A DNA stretch of 32,000 nt, taken from Candidatus Hermodarchaeota archaeon. GTDB taxonomy: Archaea > Asgardarchaeota > Heimdallarchaeia > Hodarchaeales > Hodarchaeaceae. The notes beneath the pieces were generated by a model. The model saw nothing but the letters and a program-made list of their open reading frames with translations, was not told where the DNA came from and did no database searches. The position numbers were made by a program, and so were the translations under genes. This document shows, piece by piece, positions 1-8,744 of the stretch; position 1 is the first letter of the stretch, and each line of letters opens with the position of its first letter. The stretch spans positions 38,559-70,558 of the forward strand of contig JBHLKY010000017.1 in assembly GCA_048886185.1 (NCBI GenBank), read 5' to 3'.

Positions 1-1
1 T

Positions 2-787
2 CAACCATTTACTATCGGTGGTAGATTTGATAGTGAGCGCGCAGGAGGTTTTCCTCTATCTGTTTCTGGTTTTGCTGGCGGAGGATTTACAGGTGGGGAT
101 TTTAGAAATACTTTAGGAAATATTTATCTTCCCGAGCATTATGCTAAGCTTACTAGTTTTCTGGGAGAAGCAGACGGCGTAACACCAACATCAAGGTCTC
201 CTAATCAGTTCGATAAATATCTTATAAAAACAAGTTATGCTATTGATGATCCAGTAGTTGAAGATCTCGCTAGGAGCATCGAAGAATTTACTAACACCAA
301 AGATAAAGGATATCGGCAGATAATTGGGGACAACTTCATAATCGCGACGGCAACACCCTTATATTCCAAGCTGAAGTCTGAATTGGAAATAATGGAACAG
401 ATGACTAATTTCCTTCAGATTTATGTGAACTTTGGATTAATAATCGGAGCTGTTGGGATGGCTGTGATTTCTGTTAGAAACGTTGCGGAAAGAAAACGAG
501 AGATTGGTATGATGAGAGCTATAGGATTTCCTCGCACACAGGTAATGTTAGCAGCTCTTTTGGAACTATTAGTCCTCGGTATTATTGGTTTGGCGATTGG
601 AGTAGTTAATGGATTGTTTATCAATGTCGGATTCGCAAACATGTTAAATGTTCCTGTTGTTATCCCTTGGGGAACAATAGGGGCATATCTATCCCTCATT
701 ACATTTATTGGTTTACTTGCAGGAGCAGTACCAGGATGGGTCGCGTCGAGAATCCCCGCAGCAGAAGCTTTGAGATATGTAGGTTAA
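2..787 (+). CDS. FtsX/MacB-family ABC transporter permease, C-terminal part (5'-truncated by window edge)
   Basis: Frame is open from position 2 to TAA 785-787 (ORF track only starts at TTG 383). The C-terminus has the FtsX signature (SVRNVAERKREIGMMRAIGF...LLELLVLG...ASRIPAAEALR) with 4 hydrophobic helices, and an ABC ATPase follows directly. Confidence 0.9.
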   Translation, partial: QPFTIGGRFDSERAGGFPLSVSGFAGGGFTGGDFRNTLGNIYLPEHYAKLTSFLGEADGVTPTSRSPNQFDKYLIKTSYAIDDPVVEDLARSIEEFTNTKDKGYRQIIGDNFIIATATPLYSKLKSELEIMEQMTNFLQIYVNFGLIIGAVGMAVISVRNVAERKREIGMMRAIGFPRTQVMLAALLELLVLGIIGLAIGVVNGLFINVGFANMLNVPVVIPWGTIGAYLSLITFIGLLAGAVPGWVASRIPAAEALRYVG

Positions 788-801
788 TTTGGAGGAATTA
801 A

Positions 802-1563
802 ATGTCACACGGAGAAGTAATGATTGTTGATGGAATTAAATTCCAAATTTATGATGAATCACAACCCATTCTTAAAATAAAGGGTCTACACAAAAAATAC
901 AATGAAGGAAAGTCAAATGAAGTTCACGCACTTAGAGGTATCGATCTTGAAGTGAAAAGAGGAGATATGATGGCTATTATGGGCCCTTCTGGGTGTGGGA
1001 AGACCACATTATTGAATATGATTGGACATCTTGACACAAACTCTGGTGGAGAAATCATTATCAATAATATTAATACTAATAAACTCTCTGACGCAAAGAT
1101 GACAGCATTTCGAAGAGATAATATTGGCTTCATTTTTCAGCTCTTTAATTTATTCCCATTCCTTACAGCGGTTGAGAATGTTGAAACCCCATTATTATTA
1201 AAAGGAATAAATTCAGCTATTGCAAGAGAGCAAGCGAAGATGCTCTTACGAGATCTTGGAATGGGTGACCGCTTATATCATGACCCCCTAGAGCTCTCAG
1301 GTGGACAACAACAACGCGTTGCAGTTGCTAGAGCTTTGATTAATGAACCAGCCATAATCTTGGGAGATGAACCCACAGGTGACCTCGATTCAACTACTAG
1401 CGGAGAAGTGATGGCCCTGTTTCGACGAATAAATAGAATTAATAACCAAACATTCGTTCTTGTCACACATAACCGATTTATCGCAGAAAAATGTGACTAT
1501 ATCATCCATATGATTGATGGTAAGATATCAAGTGTAGAATACGGCCCTTTTATGGAGGAATAA
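802..1563 (+). CDS. ABC transporter ATP-binding protein, LolD/MacB type
   Basis: Walker A GPSGCGKT, Q-loop FIFQ, signature LSGGQ, Walker B ILGDEPTG, H-loop VTHN; SD GGAGGA upstream of ATG 802. Confidence 0.95.
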   Translation: MSHGEVMIVDGIKFQIYDESQPILKIKGLHKKYNEGKSNEVHALRGIDLEVKRGDMMAIMGPSGCGKTTLLNMIGHLDTNSGGEIIINNINTNKLSDAKMTAFRRDNIGFIFQLFNLFPFLTAVENVETPLLLKGINSAIAREQAKMLLRDLGMGDRLYHDPLELSGGQQQRVAVARALINEPAIILGDEPTGDLDSTTSGEVMALFRRINRINNQTFVLVTHNRFIAEKCDYIIHMIDGKISSVEYGPFMEE

Positions 1564-1566
1564 TCC

Positions 1567-3393
1567 TTGAAAGTTTACACAGCTGCTTTAATAGATAAAC
1601 CTTTGAGATCTATCAATAGAGATCTAAGTAAAAAAGTTACCTCGGATATTAAAAAGGCCTTAAATGTCAAGGGAAGTGCCATAACAAGTCAAGAATTAAA
1701 TACTTTTCTTTTTACTTCAGGAGAAACGAAAAATGGCACTCTTGATATTGGTGATCTGATTGAAAGGATCGAAAAAGGATCTGTTTATAATCGATTTGTT
1801 AAATATAACAAAGAAAATGAAACCCGTTTCAAACAGCTTCTGAATAATAATCAAGAATTACATGAAACTTCTCAAATTGTCAAGGATTTCATTAAAGAAA
1901 TTAATCCGGGCTTGCCCAAAAAACTGGAAAAAGAGTTAGGAAAAATTAAAACTGAATTACCAAGGATTTTTTGTGAACTCAGTACAAGAAGCTTTATTAC
2001 TCTCTGGGATCTTAATGAAACTCAGGATTATAGGTTTTATTTATCTGGATTTGATTTTCCTGTTTTTACTGGCAAAATGGATATTTCCATGAATATAGGA
2101 GATATAGTTGATCAGATTTTAATAGTCAATTTTTTCATGACATTCTTGAAACCAACAATTCAGCGTTTAGACAAGATGTATTCAATTCTTCACCAACTCG
2201 AACAGGAAATCTTGAAACAACATTATAGAACTAACAACCATAAACTTCAGTCCAAATTCGAACTTTTCCTGCGAATTTTAGTTGCTAAGTTGAGTGCATT
2301 ACAAGAGTTGGATAATCTAATCTATCGAATTTTGAATCTGTTTGACATTCCATTTATGTCCTTAACACAATACAACTTAAAAAGTGACTTTCTTGATTTC
2401 AACACAGAAATTACCAGAATATCAGAGGAGATCCAAGCTGGAAAGTCAAAACTTCATGAGGTTAGTGAGTTCATTCAACGGTGCCAATTATGTATTCGAG
2501 ATTACCTTGATGAAGGAATAAATGGAGTAAAAACAGCGGAATCCATTGAGGAATTTAAAAGCGCATTAACACCTGTGGGTGAATTAAGTGTAGATCTATT
2601 TGTAGAAGCTGAGATACTTAAAATTTGGTCAGATTACTTTGGTTCTGATCTACCATATTTTAGCTTTAATTCTCAATTACTTCATTCAACTGAAACTGAA
2701 GCAGAAGAAATTGACAGAGATGTAATACTTGCAGTAAGAGGCTTATATAAAAATTATAATTTAGGACGTAATACAGTTTATGCAATCAGAGGAGTGAATC
2801 TTGATATAAAGGAAGGGGAATTCGTTGCTATTGTTGGTAGTTCAGGAGCAGGAAAAACAACATTGTTAAACTGCATGGCAAGCTTAGATTCCCCTGATCA
2901 TGGAGCTGTGTATTTCCGTGGCAAAAATCTTCACCGAATGAAAGATTCTGAAAAATCTGAATTAAGATTAAAAGAAATGGGATTTATTTTCCAGAGTTAT
3001 GCTTTATTACCACATTTCAATACCCGAGAGAATGTTACTTTACCAGCAGACTTAGTTGGGGGATTAAGTAAAGGAATTAAGCGACGAATAGAAGATCTTC
3101 TCAAAGGAGTTGGTATTGATCAGCAAGCGAAACAATTTCCAGCACAATTAAGTGGAGGACAGATGCAACGTGTAGCAATCGCTCGCGCTCTCACTAATCG
3201 TCCTACAGTGATTTTCGCTGATGAACCAACAGGTGACCTTGATAGTATGACTGGCACTCAGGTTATGGAATTACTGAAGAAGTTCCATGAAGAAACAAAA
3301 ACAACGATCATAATAATTACTCACGAACAAGATATAGCAGCTTATGCCCAGAGGCAAGTCTTGATGGAAGATGGAATAATTTCACGTCATTAA
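1567..3393 (+). CDS. Fusion protein: unrecognised ~385-aa soluble helical domain + C-terminal LolD-type ABC ATPase
   Basis: C-terminal part (from ~2722) has [29 protein letters not shown]. The N-terminal 385 codons are stop-free with no TM segment. TTG start is supported by GGAGGA at 1555-1560. Confidence 0.88.
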   Translation: MKVYTAALIDKPLRSINRDLSKKVTSDIKKALNVKGSAITSQELNTFLFTSGETKNGTLDIGDLIERIEKGSVYNRFVKYNKENETRFKQLLNNNQELHETSQIVKDFIKEINPGLPKKLEKELGKIKTELPRIFCELSTRSFITLWDLNETQDYRFYLSGFDFPVFTGKMDISMNIGDIVDQILIVNFFMTFLKPTIQRLDKMYSILHQLEQEILKQHYRTNNHKLQSKFELFLRILVAKLSALQELDNLIYRILNLFDIPFMSLTQYNLKSDFLDFNTEITRISEEIQAGKSKLHEVSEFIQRCQLCIRDYLDEGINGVKTAESIEEFKSALTPVGELSVDLFVEAEILKIWSDYFGSDLPYFSFNSQLLHSTETEAEEIDRDVILAVRGLYKNYNLGRNTVYAIRGVNLDIKEGEFVAIVGSSGAGKTTLLNCMASLDSPDHGAVYFRGKNLHRMKDSEKSELRLKEMGFIFQSYALLPHFNTRENVTLPADLVGGLSKGIKRRIEDLLKGVGIDQQAKQFPAQLSGGQMQRVAIARALTNRPTVIFADEPTGDLDSMTGTQVMELLKKFHEETKTTIIIITHEQDIAAYAQRQVLMEDGIISRH

Positions 3394-3398
3394 TCAAG

Positions 3399-3421
3399 TA
3401 TTTATTTTTCCTCAGTACTTC
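3399..3421 (+). terminator. Possible archaeal oligo-T terminator after the ABC operon
   Basis: T-rich run (tatttatttttcctcagtacttc) immediately after TAA 3393; consistent with archaeal U-rich terminators but weak in an AT-rich genome. Confidence 0.25.
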
Positions 3422-3653
3422 TCTAGATATTTCATATAACTTAAGATGATTACAGCAGTTATGTTTAACACAAAGGGGAAGAAATAGAGAGAGAACAAGA
3501 TTACAGCCCTTTGAATCTTGATTGCGAATAGTCTATCTAGAAAGGCAATTAAATAGCATTGAGGTGTCATTTAGACATAATTGAGTAGTCTTTCACTCAA
3601 ATTCTCAGCCTTACTAATGAATTCATCTGAATCAAGTGAAAGGAGAATATCGC

Positions 3654-4628
3654 TTGAATAACCCGGATTATTTGACACGAATTCATTTGAAAGGTGCCGT
3701 ACCCATAATCTTTGAGAATCTTTTCAAACATTGCCCTACTAGAGAACTTTCTGGGGATTTTTTTGCATCTATTGGTTTCAATAAACCAGGAAAAGAGTTA
3801 AACATTCAAGGTAAAAAAGTTCAAGTACTTCTAATTAATTGTCAAAAATGTAATTGCCAAGATGATTATTCTGATTCAACAGTAGTATTTGTGAAACTAA
3901 ATGACAGAGGGAGCTTCAAGAAACTCAATAGCTATTTTAATTTAACTCAAAAGGTCAATGACAATTATAGACATCAAAGAACTATTATTGGATTGTTAGA
4001 GGAACCAGTGCAAGTTTCTCAAGCTGAAAGAGATGAATTAAGCACTAATAGAAACATAGAATATCATGAAATATCAGTCAATGAAATTGAAGACCTTGAG
4101 AAAATTCTTATTGATATAATAGAAAAGAGTCTTCTTCTTCCACAGTATTTATTAAAAATAGCTTGCTTAGGTTCGGAAAAAAAGACTTCAATCATTCACA
4201 ATTATGTCAAAGATAATTTAACTGCTGATTATTTACCAACATTAGGAGTTGATATTACTAATAAAAGATTAAATGTCCATGGAGTAAGAGTTGATCTAAT
4301 CATTGTTGATACAGCAGAGCAAAAAGACTTTGGAAAATTAAGACCAAATTACTATCGAGGGGCCAATGGTGGTCTGATTTTCTTTGATTTTGAAAGAGAA
4401 AAAAGTTTTAACGCTATCAGGGGGTGGATCAATGAATTTTCTACTTATATCAAAGATCCTATTCCCATCGCTTTAATTGGTATTGAGGGAGAAAGACAAA
4501 GAGTTCCTGTAAATGAAGCCAAGGCCTTAGCACAAGAATATAACATGGAATTTTATAAAATACAAAAGAACAAACCTAAATTAAATGAAATAGCCAAAAA
4601 AATAACTGAAATAATTCTGACCAATTAA
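3654..4628 (+). CDS. Tandem Rab/Ras-like small-GTPase-fold protein, both domains degenerate (pseudo-GTPase)
   Basis: Domain 2 (4146-4625): LKIACLG..KTSII, YLPTLGVD, LIIVDTAEQ, FGKLRPNYYRGANG, FFD...SF..I..W. Domain 1 (~3669-4133) follows the same secondary-structure pattern. Start set at TTG 3654 (AAGGAGA SD at 3640-3646); ORF track uses GTG 3636. Confidence 0.85.
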   Translation: MNNPDYLTRIHLKGAVPIIFENLFKHCPTRELSGDFFASIGFNKPGKELNIQGKKVQVLLINCQKCNCQDDYSDSTVVFVKLNDRGSFKKLNSYFNLTQKVNDNYRHQRTIIGLLEEPVQVSQAERDELSTNRNIEYHEISVNEIEDLEKILIDIIEKSLLLPQYLLKIACLGSEKKTSIIHNYVKDNLTADYLPTLGVDITNKRLNVHGVRVDLIIVDTAEQKDFGKLRPNYYRGANGGLIFFDFEREKSFNAIRGWINEFSTYIKDPIPIALIGIEGERQRVPVNEAKALAQEYNMEFYKIQKNKPKLNEIAKKITEIILTN

Positions 4629-4702
4629 AAGTATGTATACTCTTTCTGATAAAAGAGTCGTTCAACTTATAACAAAACAAATGAATTATTTACTGAATAT
4701 TG

Positions 4703-5803
4703 ATGGATAAAGTTCTGTTAAATAATAAAGGGGTCTCACTCCCATTTAGCGATATACTTCTGATATCATCGTATGCTTTATTTTATCCATTATTTTTGGG
4801 ATTAATATTCATTGTTACAAGTTTCTTCATTGATGATGTCATCCCATTTTACATCATTTTACTTATAGTATCTCTTATTTTATTGGTAATTATTGGCATA
4901 TTCTTTTATAAATCTTATAAAGAACTTCGATTATATGCTACTGAAGTATCTTACGTTCAGTTTCAACCATCATGGCGAGATTTAGTCATCCAGATGATTT
5001 TTCAAATTTATTATATTATATTTCTTGGTTTAATACTTGCTGCATTCTTGGGATCAAGTATGACTGAATTTTTGCCTCAGTGGATGATTTTAAGTGCAGC
5101 ACTGATAATTTCATTAGGATATCAAGGGATCCTAGTCTTTCTATCAATGAACTCAAAAAGAAAATTATTAGCTACAGCTCAGCAACCTGTCAAACCTGAA
5201 ATTGTCGAAAATGTAAAACAATTTCCCAATAGTCATTTGATAAGTATTTTTCGGTTTGCAGATATTCAGCTTGCCTCTCTATTCCTATCAGCTGGTGTTA
5301 TGACTCTCGGATGGAAAAATATCTGTTTAATCTCTCAGTATTTCAATTGGAAACTAACAGATGAGGAGCTCATTGCTGTATTAGGTCATGAAGAAGGACA
5401 TTTGGCAAGATATCATATAAGAACTGCTTATCTTATCATTGGAACAGAGGGATTCCTTCGTACTTTAAGGATTTTTTGTATTATTACAGGATTATTACTT
5501 GTTTTGAATAATTTACCTCTAATCGCGTTAAACTCAAGTTCTTCATTGATTTTTCTCTTTCTATTTGTTTTTATCTTTCTTACATCATCATGTTTAACAA
5601 TAATTCAGCGTTACCGAGTTTATTTACAGGAAATTCGTGCTGACAACTATGGAGGAAATCTAGTAGGTTATGAATTATTAGCTAATACGTTGAAAAAACT
5701 ACCTACTCTGATTCCTGCACCTATTGGAACCCAGCAAATGGATTTTTTAGGATTCCGAATTGCTCTCCTCCGTGAACAAGCTAAACATCTAAAACAAAAT
5801 TAA
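4703..5803 (+). CDS. M48-family (HtpX/Ste24-like) integral-membrane zinc metalloprotease
   Basis: LTDEELIAVLGHEEGH (HExxH), downstream third-ligand motif QEIRADNYG, multiple TM helices. Confidence 0.88.
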   Translation: MDKVLLNNKGVSLPFSDILLISSYALFYPLFLGLIFIVTSFFIDDVIPFYIILLIVSLILLVIIGIFFYKSYKELRLYATEVSYVQFQPSWRDLVIQMIFQIYYIIFLGLILAAFLGSSMTEFLPQWMILSAALIISLGYQGILVFLSMNSKRKLLATAQQPVKPEIVENVKQFPNSHLISIFRFADIQLASLFLSAGVMTLGWKNICLISQYFNWKLTDEELIAVLGHEEGHLARYHIRTAYLIIGTEGFLRTLRIFCIITGLLLVLNNLPLIALNSSSSLIFLFLFVFIFLTSSCLTIIQRYRVYLQEIRADNYGGNLVGYELLANTLKKLPTLIPAPIGTQQMDFLGFRIALLREQAKHLKQN

Positions 5804-5903
5804 AGAAAGGCAAATAAGAGGCTAGATTCCAGAAAAAAACCTTATTATTTCCCATTTCTCAAGATAGTACTTCAATCACCTTTAATCATAATCGTTTACA
5901 TAT

Positions 5904-7445
5904 TTATTCTTTAAAATTACTTCTAAATGAGCGATCCTGAAATTTTAAGGGATTGAAAACTCTGTCAAGAGCATTCCCAATGAACATAAATGCCGTAGCC
6001 ATTAACACGATACATAATCCTGGAGGAATTATAGCCCACCAAGCTCCAATGGATAAACCACCTTCATAATGAGTCTCAGCTAACATGTATCCCCATGAAA
6101 GCCAAGCAGGCAATCGTTTTACTCTCCTTTCAATTTCCTCGTTTCCTCTTTGGATAGGATAATCCATAAAAGACAATCCAGCTTCAATATTGATAGCAGT
6201 TGCCGCGTTCGTGGTAAATTGGACAAAAATTAACCCAAGGATGTTAGGTAATATATAACGAAAGATAATGTACCAATCACTGGCGCCAGCTGCTCTAGCG
6301 GACTCAATATAGAGTTGTTCGCGTTCAACAATGACTCTTGATCGTATAATCCGTGCAGTTGAAGGCCAAATAAAAATTGCGATTAAAAAAGGTAGGAAGA
6401 AAGCAGAGACCTGAAATTGAGACAAAAGTAAGAAAATAATTAATAAACTAGGATATATTAGCAGTAAGTCCACTGTTCCCATTGTCACAGTATCAAATAA
6501 CCCACCACGGTATCCTGCAATGATTCCAGTTATCACACCCATAACTAGGGAGGCTATTCCAGCTAAAAAGGCTACAAAAAACGATACTTGAATGCTGTAA
6601 CAAAGCTGAACAAAAATATCTTGGCCTACGTGATTGGTTCCCAAAAGACCATGGGTTGGACGAGTAACAAATAGTTCAACCAGATCAAACCAAACATCAA
6701 CAGATCCGATCTCAGCTGGATTTGTATATCGATAATCAACACCAAATTCAAGGTTAATGGTCGAATTTGGCTGAAAAACATAAATTAACTGAACAAAAGG
6801 GAGATACCTTTTATATAGCATCCATTCTGAATGATCAGGAGGATGTACACGGAAGTATGTAGTCCAAGCGGGTAAATTACTTCCTTCTGGAATAACTAAT
6901 CTGATGTACGGCGAGATTGATGAAAAGCTTATATCTCCAGTTATATTGATTTTCATCCACCAACTGAGAGTGGCATTGATAGGCATATTATATGGCCATT
7001 GAAATTCTAAGTTTCCTCTAGCATTTCCCTGATAACTAAGAGTGCTATCTTTATCCACAAAAGTGAAGTGTGCTGATCTTCCTCCAGTTATGAAATCTAA
7101 TTTATCATAGTTGAATAACATGACTGAGGAATCTGAAACGTTGAAAGACCAACTATTGCTCCTAAGTTTCGTATCGGTTACAATATTCCCAGAAGCAGGG
7201 ATTAAACTTTTGGGGAGAAACTCAACCCAGTCAGGTGGAAGATTATTTGATGATACATAAGAAGCTAAACCAGAAGGAGGAGGGAAAGCACCATTTTCCG
7301 ATAGGATTGGTACAATTATCCCCATTACCGCGAATAGGAGGAGGAGACAAAACCCAAAAACACCCCGCTTTTCTCTTAGAAAGCTATGAATATAACTCTC
7401 GTATCGCTCCTTCCGACTTTTTCGATATCTGATGTTTTTTTTCAC
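5904..7445 (-). CDS. DppC/OppC-like ABC peptide-transporter permease with large extracellular insert (paralog 1)
   Basis: HGLLGTNHVGQDIF, EAA loop YIESARAAGAS, LPNI, SWG.ML, WW..IPPG, F.FIGNALD..NP; GTG start with GGTG SD. Confidence 0.9.
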   Translation of the reverse strand: MKKNIRYRKSRKERYESYIHSFLREKRGVFGFCLLLLFAVMGIIVPILSENGAFPPPSGLASYVSSNNLPPDWVEFLPKSLIPASGNIVTDTKLRSNSWSFNVSDSSVMLFNYDKLDFITGGRSAHFTFVDKDSTLSYQGNARGNLEFQWPYNMPINATLSWWMKINITGDISFSSISPYIRLVIPEGSNLPAWTTYFRVHPPDHSEWMLYKRYLPFVQLIYVFQPNSTINLEFGVDYRYTNPAEIGSVDVWFDLVELFVTRPTHGLLGTNHVGQDIFVQLCYSIQVSFFVAFLAGIASLVMGVITGIIAGYRGGLFDTVTMGTVDLLLIYPSLLIIFLLLSQFQVSAFFLPFLIAIFIWPSTARIIRSRVIVEREQLYIESARAAGASDWYIIFRYILPNILGLIFVQFTTNAATAINIEAGLSFMDYPIQRGNEEIERRVKRLPAWLSWGYMLAETHYEGGLSIGAWWAIIPPGLCIVLMATAFMFIGNALDRVFNPLKFQDRSFRSNFKE

Positions 7446-7665
7446 TAAAATACACCAAGTTTCAAAGTTTAAAACAAGTTTTGCTTAGTAACAGGAGCGT
7501 TTTCGGGAGTAGAGATTGCTAAATTTCAAATAGATTCATTTACACCTACTTTTATGGGCTTATCCTTTTGTTGAAATTCTGACCTTTTAAAGAATTTTGA
7601 TACAGGTAATTTATCTTCACCTAATGAAGAGATTTACATATAGAATCAGAGAATCTTCAAAATAA

Positions 7666-7691
7666 TGTTTTGTAGAAAGTGCTACAAAACA
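7666..7691. promoter_or_regulatory. Perfect 10-bp inverted repeat, candidate transcription-factor operator
   Basis: TGTTTTGTAG-aaagtg-CTACAAAACA in the divergent intergenic region, 60 bp upstream of the AKR ATG. Confidence 0.45.
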
Positions 7692-7751
7692 CATAACATC
7701 ATTCAAGCAAATGGACTAATGTCAATTATTTGGAACAGATGGTGATAATTT

Positions 7752-8744
7752 ATGGAGTATGTTAAATTAGGTTCAACAGGATTAGATGTATCAAGAATTT
7801 GTTTAGGCATGATGTCGTATGGTGATCCTAGAGTATTAAAATGGTGTTTAGATCTAGATGCGTCACGCCCAATTATTATGAAAGCTTTGGATTTAGGCAT
7901 CAATTTTTTTGACACAGCTAATGTTTATTCTAGAGGACGTTCAGAAGAAATCACTGGTGAACTACTTAAAGAGTATCGTGACGATGTTGTAGTAGCAACA
8001 AAGGTTTTCTTTCCAGTAGAAGGTTTTGTTACTTCACCCAAACCCAATAAAAGTGGTCTCTCAAGATATCATATCTCACGAGCAATTAAGGACTCTTTGA
8101 AGCGTTTAAATATGGATTATGTGGATCTTTACCAGATTCATCGGTTAGATCCCAATATACCAATTGAAGAAATTCTACGCTCGTTAAATCTCCTGATCAA
8201 CAATGGTACCGTTCTTCATATTGGTGCTAGTTCTATGTTCGCATGGCAATTCACTAAGAGCTTATGGTTGGCTGAACGTTATGGATTGGAACCATTCAAA
8301 ACAATGCAGAATCATTATAATCTATGTTATCGTGAGGAAGAACGTGAGATGTTACCTCTCTGCAAAAACCAGGGAATTGGCGTCATTCCGTGGTCCCCAT
8401 TAGCTCGAGGATTCCTTTCAGGAAAGTATACTCGAGAGGGTAACGCAGATGAATATACTAGAGCTCGAGCAGATAGATACCTGAAATCACGTTTTTTTAA
8501 GCCCTATGACTTCGATGTGGTTGAACGAGTTGTAGAAATTGCTCATGAAAAAGATGTCAAACCAACCCAGATTGCACTTGCTTGGTTATTTTCAAAAGAT
8601 TATGTAACATCACCGATTATTGGCATAACAAAAATTGAGCACATTGAGGAAGCAGTTGAAGCACTCGACATTAAATTATCAGAAGAAGAGATTAAACGAT
8701 TGGAAGAACCGTATATACCTCATCCAATAATAGGTCATTCATAA
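7752..8744 (+). CDS. Aldo/keto reductase (YajO/IolS/Tas-like)
   Basis: LGSTGLDVSRICLG, GINFFDTANVYS, VVATKV, DLYQIHR, IPWSPLARGFLSGKY, SPIIG; GGTGA SD at 7741. Confidence 0.95.
   Translation: MEYVKLGSTGLDVSRICLGMMSYGDPRVLKWCLDLDASRPIIMKALDLGINFFDTANVYSRGRSEEITGELLKEYRDDVVVATKVFFPVEGFVTSPKPNKSGLSRYHISRAIKDSLKRLNMDYVDLYQIHRLDPNIPIEEILRSLNLLINNGTVLHIGASSMFAWQFTKSLWLAERYGLEPFKTMQNHYNLCYREEEREMLPLCKNQGIGVIPWSPLARGFLSGKYTREGNADEYTRARADRYLKSRFFKPYDFDVVERVVEIAHEKDVKPTQIALAWLFSKDYVTSPIIGITKIEHIEEAVEALDIKLSEEEIKRLEEPYIPHPIIGHS

Noticed and set aside
3448-3600. GATTACAGC direct repeat (3448, 3499) and 6-7 bp hairpins (3496-3520, 3581-3600)
   Set aside because: Too short to distinguish from chance.
4639-4658. 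7-bp inverted repeat ACTCTTT/AAAGAGT between the pseudo-Rab and M48 genes
   Set aside because: Short and AT-rich, with no supporting context.
3654-5803. Rab-like gene next to a Ste24/HtpX-like M48 protease as a CAAX-processing pair
   Set aside because: The Rab-like protein ends in EIILTN with no C-terminal Cys, and M48 proteases are general membrane quality-control enzymes.
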